A stretch of DNA of 64,000 nt from Candidatus Woesebacteria bacterium. Lineage in GTDB: Bacteria > Patescibacteriota > Microgenomatia > UBA8517. Below, one piece after another: positions 55,601 to 64,000 of the stretch (position 1 is the first letter of the stretch; the number at the start of each line of letters is the position of its first letter). The notes below the pieces were generated by a model that saw only the letters and a program-made list of their open reading frames with translations, made no database searches and had not been told where the DNA came from. The stretch is from the NCBI GenBank assembly GCA_963784785.1, contig CAWASW010000015.1:2149-66148 (forward strand). Reading direction: 5' to 3'. Both the position numbers and the translations under genes were made by a program.

Positions 55601-56887
55601 TTAAATTTCCTCAATTTCTGCACCTAGTTTTTTCAAATTCTTCGAAAAGTTTGGATGACCTCTATAAAGTGCATCTGCATTTAGTATCGTTGTTTCTCCT
55701 TCTGCCATCATGGCACACATTGTCATTGCAACAACAGCTCTAATAATATAAGGAGCCTCAAGTTTAGCACCAGTTAATTTATTGCCGGCATTTATTATCA
55801 CCCTGTGTGGATCTGCCATAATGACATTTGCTCCAAGTTTTGATAATTCTGATGTCCAAAATAAACCTGATTCATACATCCAATTATGAAATAATATATT
55901 TCCTGACTTTGCAGATAGCGCGATAGGGACAAATAAAGGCAGCATATCGACAGGTAAGCTTGGCCAAGGCTGTGCTTTAATAACTAAAGTATCACTATCG
56001 AAATCGTCAATCTTAATATCTTGATTGGCAGCAACTACTGCTTGATCATTATTATATTTTATATTTATATTAAATTTCGAAAAAACATGATTTATATGAA
56101 CAGATAAGTCAGGTAATGAATCATTTACTTTTATTTCACCCTTAGTTACTGCTCCAAGTGCTAAAAACGTTGCGATTTCGTAATGGTCAGATAGTATTTT
56201 ATATTCATTTGGAGGGGTTAACTTATCTATTTTTTCAATTATTAAAACACTTGAGCCTATACCATCAATTTTCGCTCCAGATTTTACAAGCAGACGACAT
56301 AAATCTTGAACTTGCGGCTCTGATGCAGCCCCAATTATTGTAGTTTTCCCTTTTAATCCAACAGCTAACATAATTACATTTTCTGTAACAGTAGGGCTCA
56401 TTTCAGTAAGCCATAGAGTTGTAGCTTTAGCAGCTTTTGCATCCATTGAAACTCCACAAAGGGATGGTTCTATTTTGACGTTAAGTTTTTTAAATGCATC
56501 AAAATGAGAGTCTAATGGCCTTATTCCAAGTGTGCATCCTCCAGGTAATTCCTCAAAGGAAACCCTTCCGAATCGGGAAAGCATTGATCCCCAAAGTAAA
56601 GATGTGCCCCTCATGTTTCCAAAATCATTCTTTGAAACTGAATTGTAAGTTAAATTTGAATTATCTATTTCTAATTCAAGAGAATCCTTATTCCAACTTA
56701 TTTTAGACCCAAGACTTTCTAATATTGAGACTAAATGGCCAACGTCTGTAATATCTGGAATATTTTTTAATTTAATAGGTTTATCAAATAGTACTGTTGC
56801 AGATATTAACGCCACAGCCGAATTTTTACTTCCTGAAGGAGTAATCTCGCCTGATAATACTTGGCCTCCTCTTACACGTATGTTCAT
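55601..56887 (-). CDS. murA: MurA
   Basis: GSKNSA, PGGCTLGIRP, EPQVQDL, RGHPNF. Confidence 0.95.
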   Translation of the reverse strand: MNIRVRGGQVLSGEITPSGSKNSAVALISATVLFDKPIKLKNIPDITDVGHLVSILESLGSKISWNKDSLELEIDNSNLTYNSVSKNDFGNMRGTSLLWGSMLSRFGRVSFEELPGGCTLGIRPLDSHFDAFKKLNVKIEPSLCGVSMDAKAAKATTLWLTEMSPTVTENVIMLAVGLKGKTTIIGAASEPQVQDLCRLLVKSGAKIDGIGSSVLIIEKIDKLTPPNEYKILSDHYEIATFLALGAVTKGEIKVNDSLPDLSVHINHVFSKFNINIKYNNDQAVVAANQDIKIDDFDSDTLVIKAQPWPSLPVDMLPLFVPIALSAKSGNILFHNWMYESGLFWTSELSKLGANVIMADPHRVIINAGNKLTGAKLEAPYIIRAVVAMTMCAMMAEGETTILNADALYRGHPNFSKNLKKLGAEIEEI

Positions 56888-56908
56888 ATATATCTAGTGA
56901 TAGTATAC

Positions 56909-58573
56909 CTAATTTTCTGGCTGAATGCCAAAAACCTGAAATAAATCTCTTGCTATAGAATACCACAATGGAGCGGCAGTTTCAGAAGCCCATTGAGAAC
57001 TTTGTGGTTCCTTCAACGTAACTATCATCACAAACTTAGGGTCATCTGCCGGAGCAAAGCCAACAAAACTTGCAATTGTTTTTGTTTCGTCATAATGACC
57101 TTCAATAGGAATTTGGGCAGTACCCGTTTTTCCAGCTATATTAAATCCTTGAAGATTTGTCCATTTCGATTCTCCATATTTTGAAGATTGAATCATAATT
57201 TCAGTCATTTTTTTGGAAGCCTCAGTTGAAATAATTCGTTTTCCATCAGTATGATCATTTACCACAACCTTCGGCTGAACAAGATATCCTCCGTTTGCAA
57301 TTGCAGCTACAGCTCTAACTAGTTGTATTGGTGTAGTTGCTACTCCTTGACCAAATGATGAGGTCATTAAGTCAACTATATTCCACATTCCTTTCTTACG
57401 AAGAGGGACACTTGCTTCACCTTGCAAATCAATACCTGTAAGTTTACCTATACCAAATTTATCTAGATATTCATACATTTTATCCTCACCTAATTTTTGA
57501 GCCACAAAACTCATACCCACGTTATCTGAGTGTACTATCACATCTGTCATTGTTGAGTCTGGGTGGTATTTGTTATCCCAAGTATTGATATAATATTTAT
57601 CAACTTTCAGAGGTTTATCGCATATATCGCACTTTGTATCTGGTTCAACCAGCTCAGCATCAAGTCCCGCAGCCATAACAATTACCTTAAAAACAGATCC
57701 TGGTTCAAATGTGTCAGATATTGCAGGGTTACGGTACAAAACTCCATCGTATTCATAATATTTTGCAGGATCATAAGATGGATATGAAGCCATACCTAAA
57801 ATACCACCACTTTTTGGATCCATAACAATAACAGACCCTTCTTTGGCCCCATATTTTTCCTGAGCTTCCTTTAATTTTTCTTCTATTGAAGTCTGTATAC
57901 GTTTATCAATATAAGTATTTAAATCAGTTCCTGACATTGAATTTGCTTCCTGAAGGCCTTCTGAAAGAAGCGGTGCTCCTTTTAGATCTTTTTTCCTCTC
58001 CTGATATCCAGACTTTCCAGTGAGTGATAAATCATAGTAACCTTCTAAACCAAAATATCCAGTGTCCTTTCCTTCGTTATTTTTTCCGACAAAGCCTAAC
58101 AATTGGGCAGAAGATGAACCTTCAGGGTAAAATCTATTTTCTTCAGGATCAAAACCTAACCCCTTAATATTCATGTCAATTATTTTTTGCTTTATATCAC
58201 TTGTGAGTCTATGCCTAATTGGAACCCAGACGGAATCTTTTTTATCAATCAGCTCTTGTATACGTTCTACTTCTAGTAAAATATTTTCTTCACTCACAAA
58301 TAATGGAGCAAGTAAGTTTGCAATTTCTTTCGAAGATTTATTTATTTTCTTTGTTTCAGCAAAAAGTAACCAATTCGTACGCATAACAGCAAACCAGGTC
58401 CCATCACTGGCATATATGTTACCCCTTGATGCTTCAATTTTCTTAGACCCACTATACTGATATCCAGCTTCAGTATTTAATTCTTGGCCCTTAATAATTT
58501 GCCAATAAAAAAGTCTAGATAATACTGCTGCAAAAAGAAATCCAAAGAAAACTATAGTAATTTTTAGCCGCAT
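56909..58573 (-). CDS. ftsI: Class B penicillin-binding protein FtsI
   Basis: RGNIY, RFYPEG, GLEGYY, EPGSVFK, SDN, KTG. Confidence 0.92.
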   Translation of the reverse strand: MRLKITIVFFGFLFAAVLSRLFYWQIIKGQELNTEAGYQYSGSKKIEASRGNIYASDGTWFAVMRTNWLLFAETKKINKSSKEIANLLAPLFVSEENILLEVERIQELIDKKDSVWVPIRHRLTSDIKQKIIDMNIKGLGFDPEENRFYPEGSSSAQLLGFVGKNNEGKDTGYFGLEGYYDLSLTGKSGYQERKKDLKGAPLLSEGLQEANSMSGTDLNTYIDKRIQTSIEEKLKEAQEKYGAKEGSVIVMDPKSGGILGMASYPSYDPAKYYEYDGVLYRNPAISDTFEPGSVFKVIVMAAGLDAELVEPDTKCDICDKPLKVDKYYINTWDNKYHPDSTMTDVIVHSDNVGMSFVAQKLGEDKMYEYLDKFGIGKLTGIDLQGEASVPLRKKGMWNIVDLMTSSFGQGVATTPIQLVRAVAAIANGGYLVQPKVVVNDHTDGKRIISTEASKKMTEIMIQSSKYGESKWTNLQGFNIAGKTGTAQIPIEGHYDETKTIASFVGFAPADDPKFVMIVTLKEPQSSQWASETAAPLWYSIARDLFQVFGIQPEN

Positions 58574-58586
58574 TTTAATATATCTG

Positions 58587-58871
58587 TTACCTCATACTAG
58601 CAACAGAATCTATAGAATTAAAGTAGAGAACCTTAGAAGGTTTGGCAAAACCTAACTTTATCACATCTTCTGAATTCTTAGTCCCTTCACCTTTTTCAAA
58701 TATATTTTCTGACAATTCTCTTTTGGCTATTACTGAATTTTCCAACTTGTCCTCAAGATTAGAAATTTCTACACCACGGCTTGCTTGCTCTATGCCTAGA
58801 AAGACAACACCGACAAGAAGTATTAAATTCACTATCCAAATTAATTTGTAATTAATTTTTTGTATAGACAT
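58587..58871 (-). CDS. FtsL-like protein
   Basis: TM plus coiled coil plus LGF, between rsmH and ftsI. Confidence 0.65.
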   Translation of the reverse strand: MSIQKINYKLIWIVNLILLVGVVFLGIEQASRGVEISNLEDKLENSVIAKRELSENIFEKGEGTKNSEDVIKLGFAKPSKVLYFNSIDSVASMR

Positions 58872-59685
58872 ATAGTTTTGCACTCCTTGATCTAATATTT
58901 TTGTTAATTTCTGAATAACTTGGAATTCTGATTTTCGTTCTTAAATTCATATATTTTTGTACTATTTCTTCTTCACCAGAGTGAAAAGTGATTATCAATA
59001 ACCTTCCATTTTTTTTCAAGAGGCCAATGGCCTCCGGTATAACCTTATCTAAATTATCAAGTTCGCTATTTACTGCAATTCGTAAAGCTAACATTGGTAA
59101 AGTGGCAGGGTTTAGATGTTCCTTATGAGGTATATCTTTCAACACCTCGACAAGTTCAGATACCTTATATATCGGTCTTAATGTCATAATTCTGCTTGCA
59201 ATTCTTTTGGATTCGTTGTGTGAGAGTACTCTTTCAAAAAGATGCGTAAGTTGAGTTTGGTCAAGAACATTTAACAAATCCGACGCCTTTACCCCCTGTA
59301 CTTCAGGATTAAGTCTCATATCAAGATCTTGATCTGGGTTGCTAAACGAAAAACCTCGTTCATCCTCTTTTAAATGTAAATTTGACACACCTAAATCAAA
59401 AAGTATTCCGTCCGTCTCTTCAAATCCATTATCTTTTGCAATTTTTAATAAATTGTCAAAATTACCTAAAACTAATTTTGAATTTGTCCCTGCTAATCTG
59501 TCACTAGCAATTGATAACATCTTTGGATCAGCTTCGATACCTAGGACCTCTCCCCCTGCGTTTAAAATTGCCTCAGTGTGTCCACCGGTACCTAAAGTGC
59601 AATCAACAATACGTGAACCGGTATTAACATGCAAGCTTTCTACAACTTCTTTAACTAATACTGATTCATGGTAATTATTTGTCAT
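58852..59685 (-). CDS. rsmH: 16S rRNA m4C1402 methyltransferase
   Basis: HESVL, DCTLGTGGH, FDLGVS, RGFSF, LDMR, ITFHSGE, RSRSAKL. Confidence 0.96.
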   Translation of the reverse strand: MTNNYHESVLVKEVVESLHVNTGSRIVDCTLGTGGHTEAILNAGGEVLGIEADPKMLSIASDRLAGTNSKLVLGNFDNLLKIAKDNGFEETDGILFDLGVSNLHLKEDERGFSFSNPDQDLDMRLNPEVQGVKASDLLNVLDQTQLTHLFERVLSHNESKRIASRIMTLRPIYKVSELVEVLKDIPHKEHLNPATLPMLALRIAVNSELDNLDKVIPEAIGLLKKNGRLLIITFHSGEEEIVQKYMNLRTKIRIPSYSEINKNIRSRSAKLYVYTKN

Positions 59686-60106
59686 TTGCTAGTTTTTCAA
59701 TTATTTCAAACGCCTCTTTTGCCAAACTTTTTTGTTTCTCTTCCCAAATCTTGCTGTCCCAAATTTCTACCCTATCTCCTAAGCCTATGAAACTAACTTG
59801 ATCAGTTAGCTTTGCATAAGATGTCAAAATTTCAGGCAACACAATCCTTCCTTGATCATCAGGTAGAGTATTATAAGCTGACCCCAAGATAAATCTTTCT
59901 GTTTCTCGTATCGGAGAAACTATTATCTTTTGATCCCCTACCAATCTTTTGTAAAGTGCATTCCAACTATCCTCAGCAACCAAAACAAGACATTCTTCGT
60001 ACCATTTGGCTAAAATATATTTTTCTCCCAATTCCGAACGTAGAGGTGCTGGTATGAAGATTCTTCGACCATTTGCAACTTTGATCTGATATGTTCCTAA
60101 TAACAT
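59675..60106 (-). CDS. mraZ: Transcriptional regulator MraZ
   Basis: MLLGTY, DDQGRIVLP, GLGDRVEIWD. Confidence 0.95.
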   Translation of the reverse strand: MLLGTYQIKVANGRRIFIPAPLRSELGEKYILAKWYEECLVLVAEDSWNALYKRLVGDQKIIVSPIRETERFILGSAYNTLPDDQGRIVLPEILTSYAKLTDQVSFIGLGDRVEIWDSKIWEEKQKSLAKEAFEIIEKLANDK

Positions 60107-60148
60107 TATTTTTATTCATTCTGGGCAGAATGTGAGTTAGATGGTAAT

Positions 60149-60172
60149 CCATTTCCCTCCATTACTAACCAT
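60149..60172 (-). promoter_or_regulatory. Putative MraZ operator: three ATGG boxes at 10-bp spacing
   Basis: ccat at 60149, 60159 and 60169, directly upstream of mraZ. Confidence 0.7.
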
Positions 60173-60240
60173 TTTGCATTTTCTTTCACGCCATGTCAAT
60201 AGTTATTTTCACCGAACAAAGTACATCAATTTAGTTTTGT

Positions 60241-60306
60241 GTCATTGCGAGGAGCCATGCGACGTGGCAATCCAATATTAGATTGCTTCACTTTGTTCGC
60301 AATGAC
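60241..60306. repeat. Intergenic palindromic repeat (GTCATTGCGA...TCGCAATGAC)
   Basis: 10-bp outer stem plus inner gcaatc/gattgc stem; GC-rich in AT-rich surroundings. Confidence 0.75.
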
Positions 60307-60321
60307 AAATTGGCTGATTTT

Positions 60322-61008
60322 TTACTTGAAGAAAATATTTGAAGAAATAACTTTCCAACCCTCTGCAGAACCTGAAGGTAGTGTGTCAGAGCTGAATATT
60401 CCATAAGGACCTGAGACAACAGAAGTAATAGTGCTATCCATTAAACCAAATGTCTCCATTGTTACAAAGAAAATTCCTTTTGGTTTTTTATCAAGTTTGT
60501 ATATGAAATTTTGATCAATTGAAACCAATTCTTGGTCAACAGATTGCAAACTCCACTTTGTAGAAAACTTTGCAAGAAGCTTCCCACTTGAGTTTCGAAG
60601 TCTCACTGTAAGACTTCCGTCTTTTACACCTTCATCATATCTAAATTTTCCATTTGATTCTGAACCTAGTAAAAGTTTTCTTTCAAAAGAAGTCTGTCCT
60701 TTTAAATCCACAGTTCCAGGAACACCTTGTGTTCTACCATCTGGTAAGGTGTAAAGAAGCTCATAATCAAGTGAAACTGCCTTTGGCAAAGTAATTTTAT
60801 CTATTTTTAAGTTTATGTAGTGACCGTCAGCTGTTGGAGTAAGGGAGGCAAACGGCCTATCTTTGAAAGCGACCTCTGCTAGTGGAGCCGAGTCATCAAC
60901 GACAACAGCAGTTTTTTTATTTTTAATAATTACGAAAACTAATACTAGTACAATAAGTCCAACGCCAAGGAGAATTAGAGGAAGAAATTTCTTTGTTTGT
61001 TCGTTCAT
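60322..61008 (-). CDS. Single-TM hypothetical protein
   Basis: N-terminal TM; YELLY, LLLGSESNGKFRYDEGV. Confidence 0.75.
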   Translation of the reverse strand: MNEQTKKFLPLILLGVGLIVLVLVFVIIKNKKTAVVVDDSAPLAEVAFKDRPFASLTPTADGHYINLKIDKITLPKAVSLDYELLYTLPDGRTQGVPGTVDLKGQTSFERKLLLGSESNGKFRYDEGVKDGSLTVRLRNSSGKLLAKFSTKWSLQSVDQELVSIDQNFIYKLDKKPKGIFFVTMETFGLMDSTITSVVSGPYGIFSSDTLPSGSAEGWKVISSNIFFK

Positions 61009-61059
61009 CTTAATCTATTTTCAATTCAAATTCCGATATTGTCAACTAGCATCTCTAAA

Positions 61060-61080
61060 AATACACCTCGGGGGTGTATT
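61060..61080. repeat. REP flanking RAYT-2 (left)
   Basis: aatacacc-tcggg-ggtgtatt hairpin. Confidence 0.85.
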
Positions 61081-61118
61081 CATATTGACACCTTGGTACA
61101 AATGGTTCATAAATAATT

Positions 61119-61790
61119 ATGGCAAGAAGACTTGTCCCCCTTATTACTGGTTATTATTATCATGTTTACAATCGCGGCGTAAACAAACGTAGAATCTTCA
61201 CACACAAACATGAATATGTTCACACAATTAATTTAATTAAATTTTATAATTACGTCGATTATCCAATCAGATTTTCCAAATTTATGCTATTGCACAAAGA
61301 CCAGAGAAAAGAAATCTGGCAAAGATTATCAAAAAGTAACAAGTACACAGACATCCTATCATACTGTTTGATGCCCAATCACTTTCATTTTTTGATAAAA
61401 CAGAATGTTGATCATGGAATATCTAAATTTATTGGTAATTTTCAAAATAGCTATGTCAAATATTTCAATATCAAAAACCAACGTGTAGGCCCATTATTTC
61501 AAGGACAATTCAAGGCAGTTAAGATTGACACGAAAGAACAACTATTACATGTTTCCAGATATATACATCTAAATCCATATTCTTCAGGAATAGTTGCTAA
61601 TACAGAGAAATTAGCAAGTTATAAGTGGTCATCATTACAAGAGTACTTAAATGAAGCCAAATTTCCGTTTTGCGATAAAGACGACATCTTATCTAATTTT
61701 AAATCTAAAAATTCATATAAAGAATTTGTGTTAAATAACGCAGGTTATCAAAAAGAGTTAGAGGATACTAAGCACTATAACCTAGAGTAA
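61119..61790 (+). CDS. REP-associated tyrosine transposase (RAYT-2)
   Basis: YYHVYNRG, YCLMPNHFHFL, GPLFQGQFKA, RYIHLNP, YKWSS. Confidence 0.93.
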   Translation: MARRLVPLITGYYYHVYNRGVNKRRIFTHKHEYVHTINLIKFYNYVDYPIRFSKFMLLHKDQRKEIWQRLSKSNKYTDILSYCLMPNHFHFLIKQNVDHGISKFIGNFQNSYVKYFNIKNQRVGPLFQGQFKAVKIDTKEQLLHVSRYIHLNPYSSGIVANTEKLASYKWSSLQEYLNEAKFPFCDKDDILSNFKSKNSYKEFVLNNAGYQKELEDTKHYNLE

Positions 61791-61796
61791 GGTACT

Positions 61797-61823
61797 AAAG
61801 TACACCTCGGGGGTGTATTTAAT
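61797..61823. repeat. REP flanking RAYT-2 (right)
   Basis: aaagtacacctcgggggtgtatttaat. Confidence 0.85.
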
Positions 61824-62190
61824 CTAATACCTTATCTGTCTTTAATAATTCAGTTTTATTTTTACCCGTTAAAACTTGTTTTAAAACTAAAAATTTCACT
61901 ACATTATCTGTATGGTTTGTAAATGTATGCGGGGTATATCCTGTCTCAATCAAATCTCCGACAGATACAATCTGTGTCTTCTCTTCATTATTTTCTTTCC
62001 ATGTTACAGTTAATTCACCTTCAATAATAAATAAAGTTTCAGAAATTTTTTCATGGTGGTGCCAGGTTTGTGTCGAGCCTGCCACTTGTTCATTATAATG
62101 AACCTCGTATTCGTCTCGAAGATAATAATCTACCTTTGTCCCTTCTGGCTTATCTACATGGATAGCATCAGACTTTTTAATAATTTTCAT
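61819..62190 (-). CDS. Cupin-domain protein
   Basis: WHHHEKISETLFIIEG...GDLI...TPHTF. Confidence 0.85.
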   Translation of the reverse strand: MKIIKKSDAIHVDKPEGTKVDYYLRDEYEVHYNEQVAGSTQTWHHHEKISETLFIIEGELTVTWKENNEEKTQIVSVGDLIETGYTPHTFTNHTDNVVKFLVLKQVLTGKNKTELLKTDKVLD

Positions 62191-63551
62191 TATTTTAATT
62201 TTTCTTCAAAATAATCTTGAAGTTTTGAAATTTCAATTCTTTCTTGTTTACCAGTATCTCTATCACGGACAGTGACAGAATTATCTTTTTCAGTATCAAA
62301 ATCAACAGTTACACACCAAGGCGTACCAATTTCATCCTGAGCAGCATATCTTTTTCCAATATTTCCTCTATCGTCCCAAGTGACGTTCATATCTTTCTTT
62401 AACTCTTTATAAACTTCGCGTGCTTTTGCAGTTAATTCAGGCTTATTTCCAAGTAGAGGGAAAATTGCAACTTTATATGGTGCAATCTTTGGATTAAGTT
62501 TTAATATCACTTTACCTTCTTCGTTTTCTGTGTATGCATCAAATAGAATAATTCCGGTCAATCTTGATAAACCAAATGTTGGTTCAATTACATGAGGTAT
62601 ATATTTTTCATTGGTTTGAGGATCTATAAAACTTAGGTCCTTACCTGAATTATTTGCATGATTTGTTAAATCAAAATTTGTCCTATATGCAATTCCAAAC
62701 ATCTCCTTAAAACCATATGGATATTCATATTCAATATCAGCAGTTTTTTTAGAATAGTGAGATCTTTCTGTTTCTTCATGTTCTCTCCATTTAAGTTTCT
62801 TTTCATTTAATCCTAAACTTAGCGCAAACTGCCACATTTCCTTACTAAATAAATTAAATACTTCTTCCCAATTTTCTTCCTTTATAAAATATTCAAATTC
62901 CATTAAGTCAAATTCAAAACTTCTATGAACAAACTGGCCCATGGTAATTTCATTTCTGTATGCTTTTCCAACCTGTGCGATCCCAAATGGAATCTTGACT
63001 CTTGTAGAAGCAATGACATTTTTGAAATTTAAAAATATTCCTTGTGCAATTTCCCCTCTTAAATAAGCTAAATTTTTGCCTTCTTCAAGAACCCCTAGTT
63101 TTACTTCAACAAGTTGATTAAATTTTCGAATAGAAGTCCAATTAAATTTTCCACATTTAGGACACTTTATCTTGTTATCATTAACTATCTTTTCTAACTC
63201 ATCAAAAGAGAGCCCTTCTACTTTAATTCCGATTTCTGCATTTTCTATCAAATGGTCAGCCCTAGCTCTATTCTTGCATTCTTTACAATCTATTAAAGCC
63301 TCGTTAAAGCCTGTCATGTGTCCTGAGGCATTCCACACCTCTGGTCTTAAAATTGAGGCTGCATCAATCATGACCATATTATCTTTATCAGTCACAAAAG
63401 TCTTGATCCATAAGTCACGAATGTTATTCTTAAGAAGTGTGCCCATAGGACCAAAATCCCAAGTATTTGCCATACCACCGTAAATTTCAGATGAAGGAAA
63501 AACAAATCCTCGTCTTTTTGCAAGTGAAGCAATCTTTTCTTTTAAGTCCAT
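62190..63551 (-). CDS. glyQS: Glycine-tRNA ligase, alpha2 type
   Basis: KRRGF..SSEIYGG, YLRGEIAQG, GKAYRNEIT, SHYS, IPHVIEP, IGKRYAAQDEIGTP. Confidence 0.95.
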   Translation of the reverse strand: MDLKEKIASLAKRRGFVFPSSEIYGGMANTWDFGPMGTLLKNNIRDLWIKTFVTDKDNMVMIDAASILRPEVWNASGHMTGFNEALIDCKECKNRARADHLIENAEIGIKVEGLSFDELEKIVNDNKIKCPKCGKFNWTSIRKFNQLVEVKLGVLEEGKNLAYLRGEIAQGIFLNFKNVIASTRVKIPFGIAQVGKAYRNEITMGQFVHRSFEFDLMEFEYFIKEENWEEVFNLFSKEMWQFALSLGLNEKKLKWREHEETERSHYSKKTADIEYEYPYGFKEMFGIAYRTNFDLTNHANNSGKDLSFIDPQTNEKYIPHVIEPTFGLSRLTGIILFDAYTENEEGKVILKLNPKIAPYKVAIFPLLGNKPELTAKAREVYKELKKDMNVTWDDRGNIGKRYAAQDEIGTPWCVTVDFDTEKDNSVTVRDRDTGKQERIEISKLQDYFEEKLK

Positions 63552-63589
63552 ATTGAAATTATAATCTTGAATGCAGAATTTAGAAAGAG

Positions 63590-63757
63590 TTAAGAATGGT
63601 CATCGGAACTAAAAACAATAGTCTTAGCTGCGGGAACTATTCTTTTTGTATCACCATGATCATTCTCATCCGCTTCAATCTTTACTACAGGTTTTGGGAA
63701 TGAAGTACCGTGATCTGTATCTCTTTCTTCAATTTTTTCTTCTGGTTCAGGAGTCAT
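63590..63757 (-). CDS. 55-aa acidic hypothetical peptide (not in the ORF track)
   Basis: MTPEPEEKIEERDTDHGTSFPKPVVKIEADENDHGDTKRIVPAAKTIVFSSDDHS*. Confidence 0.4.
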   Translation of the reverse strand: MTPEPEEKIEERDTDHGTSFPKPVVKIEADENDHGDTKRIVPAAKTIVFSSDDHS

Positions 63758-63796
63758 AAGCAGAAATATATCACTATTTTAAAAAAATGCAAATTG

Positions 63797-64000
63797 TTAT
63801 TCTGAAGTAACACCATCAAATTCCTCTTCGGCAGCAAGGGCATCTTCTTTAGTTTTGTGAATTGTTTTATCCATATGGTGTGGAGGTCCATAGATTGTAT
63901 AAAACTTCAAGTAATCTGAATCAGACATATTTACAATATTATGTTTTGCACCTTTAGGTACAATTATTACATCGCCATCTTTTAGTTCATATTCAGTACC
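63797..64000 (-). CDS. Cupin-domain protein, 3' part (start outside the window)
   Basis: ...ELKDGDVIIVPKGAKHNIVN...LKFYTIYGPPHH...FDGVTSE*. Confidence 0.85.
   Translation of the reverse strand, partial: GTEYELKDGDVIIVPKGAKHNIVNMSDSDYLKFYTIYGPPHHMDKTIHKTKEDALAAEEEFDGVTSE

Noticed and set aside
1-64000. Genetic code 25 (TGA=Gly)
   Set aside because: Conserved genes such as murE, ftsA and murG end properly at TGA, and ORFs are full length in code 11

Overview
AT-rich chromosomal window from a CPR/Patescibacteria bacterium, probably Microgenomates-like (inferred from gene content); standard code 11 with TGA used as stop. Left to right: an IS200/IS605-type end and a Bro-N pseudogene; a complete IS3 element; a type IV pilus locus (7 pilin-like genes, pilC, pilB) with two single-domain response regulators, a histidine kinase and two kinase-less sensors; a four-helix-bundle gene; tRNA-Thr; a surface-glycan locus; an IS200 splitting a guanylate-kinase-like gene; tRNA-Val; guaB, lepB, parB, rpmA, rplU, rodA; ileS with a T-box; a full dcw cluster (mraZ to ftsZ, with a MurE-uridylyltransferase fusion and a doubly frameshifted ftsZ); two RAYT transposases with their own REPs; glyQS. 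Most interesting non-gene structure: (1) four-helix-bundle genes (one intact, one hidden remnant) bracketed by mutually inverted 7-nt-period arrays, with similar heptamer tracts sitting in-frame in many unrelated genes; (2) an identical 195-bp MITE-like element inserted twice, each time at the 3' end of a different tRNA with a ~9-bp target duplication; (3) REP/palindromic hairpins sitting in-frame in coding genes; (4) kinase-less sensors sharing a C-terminal MVGREL helix. All calls come from reading the sequence; no database searches were run.
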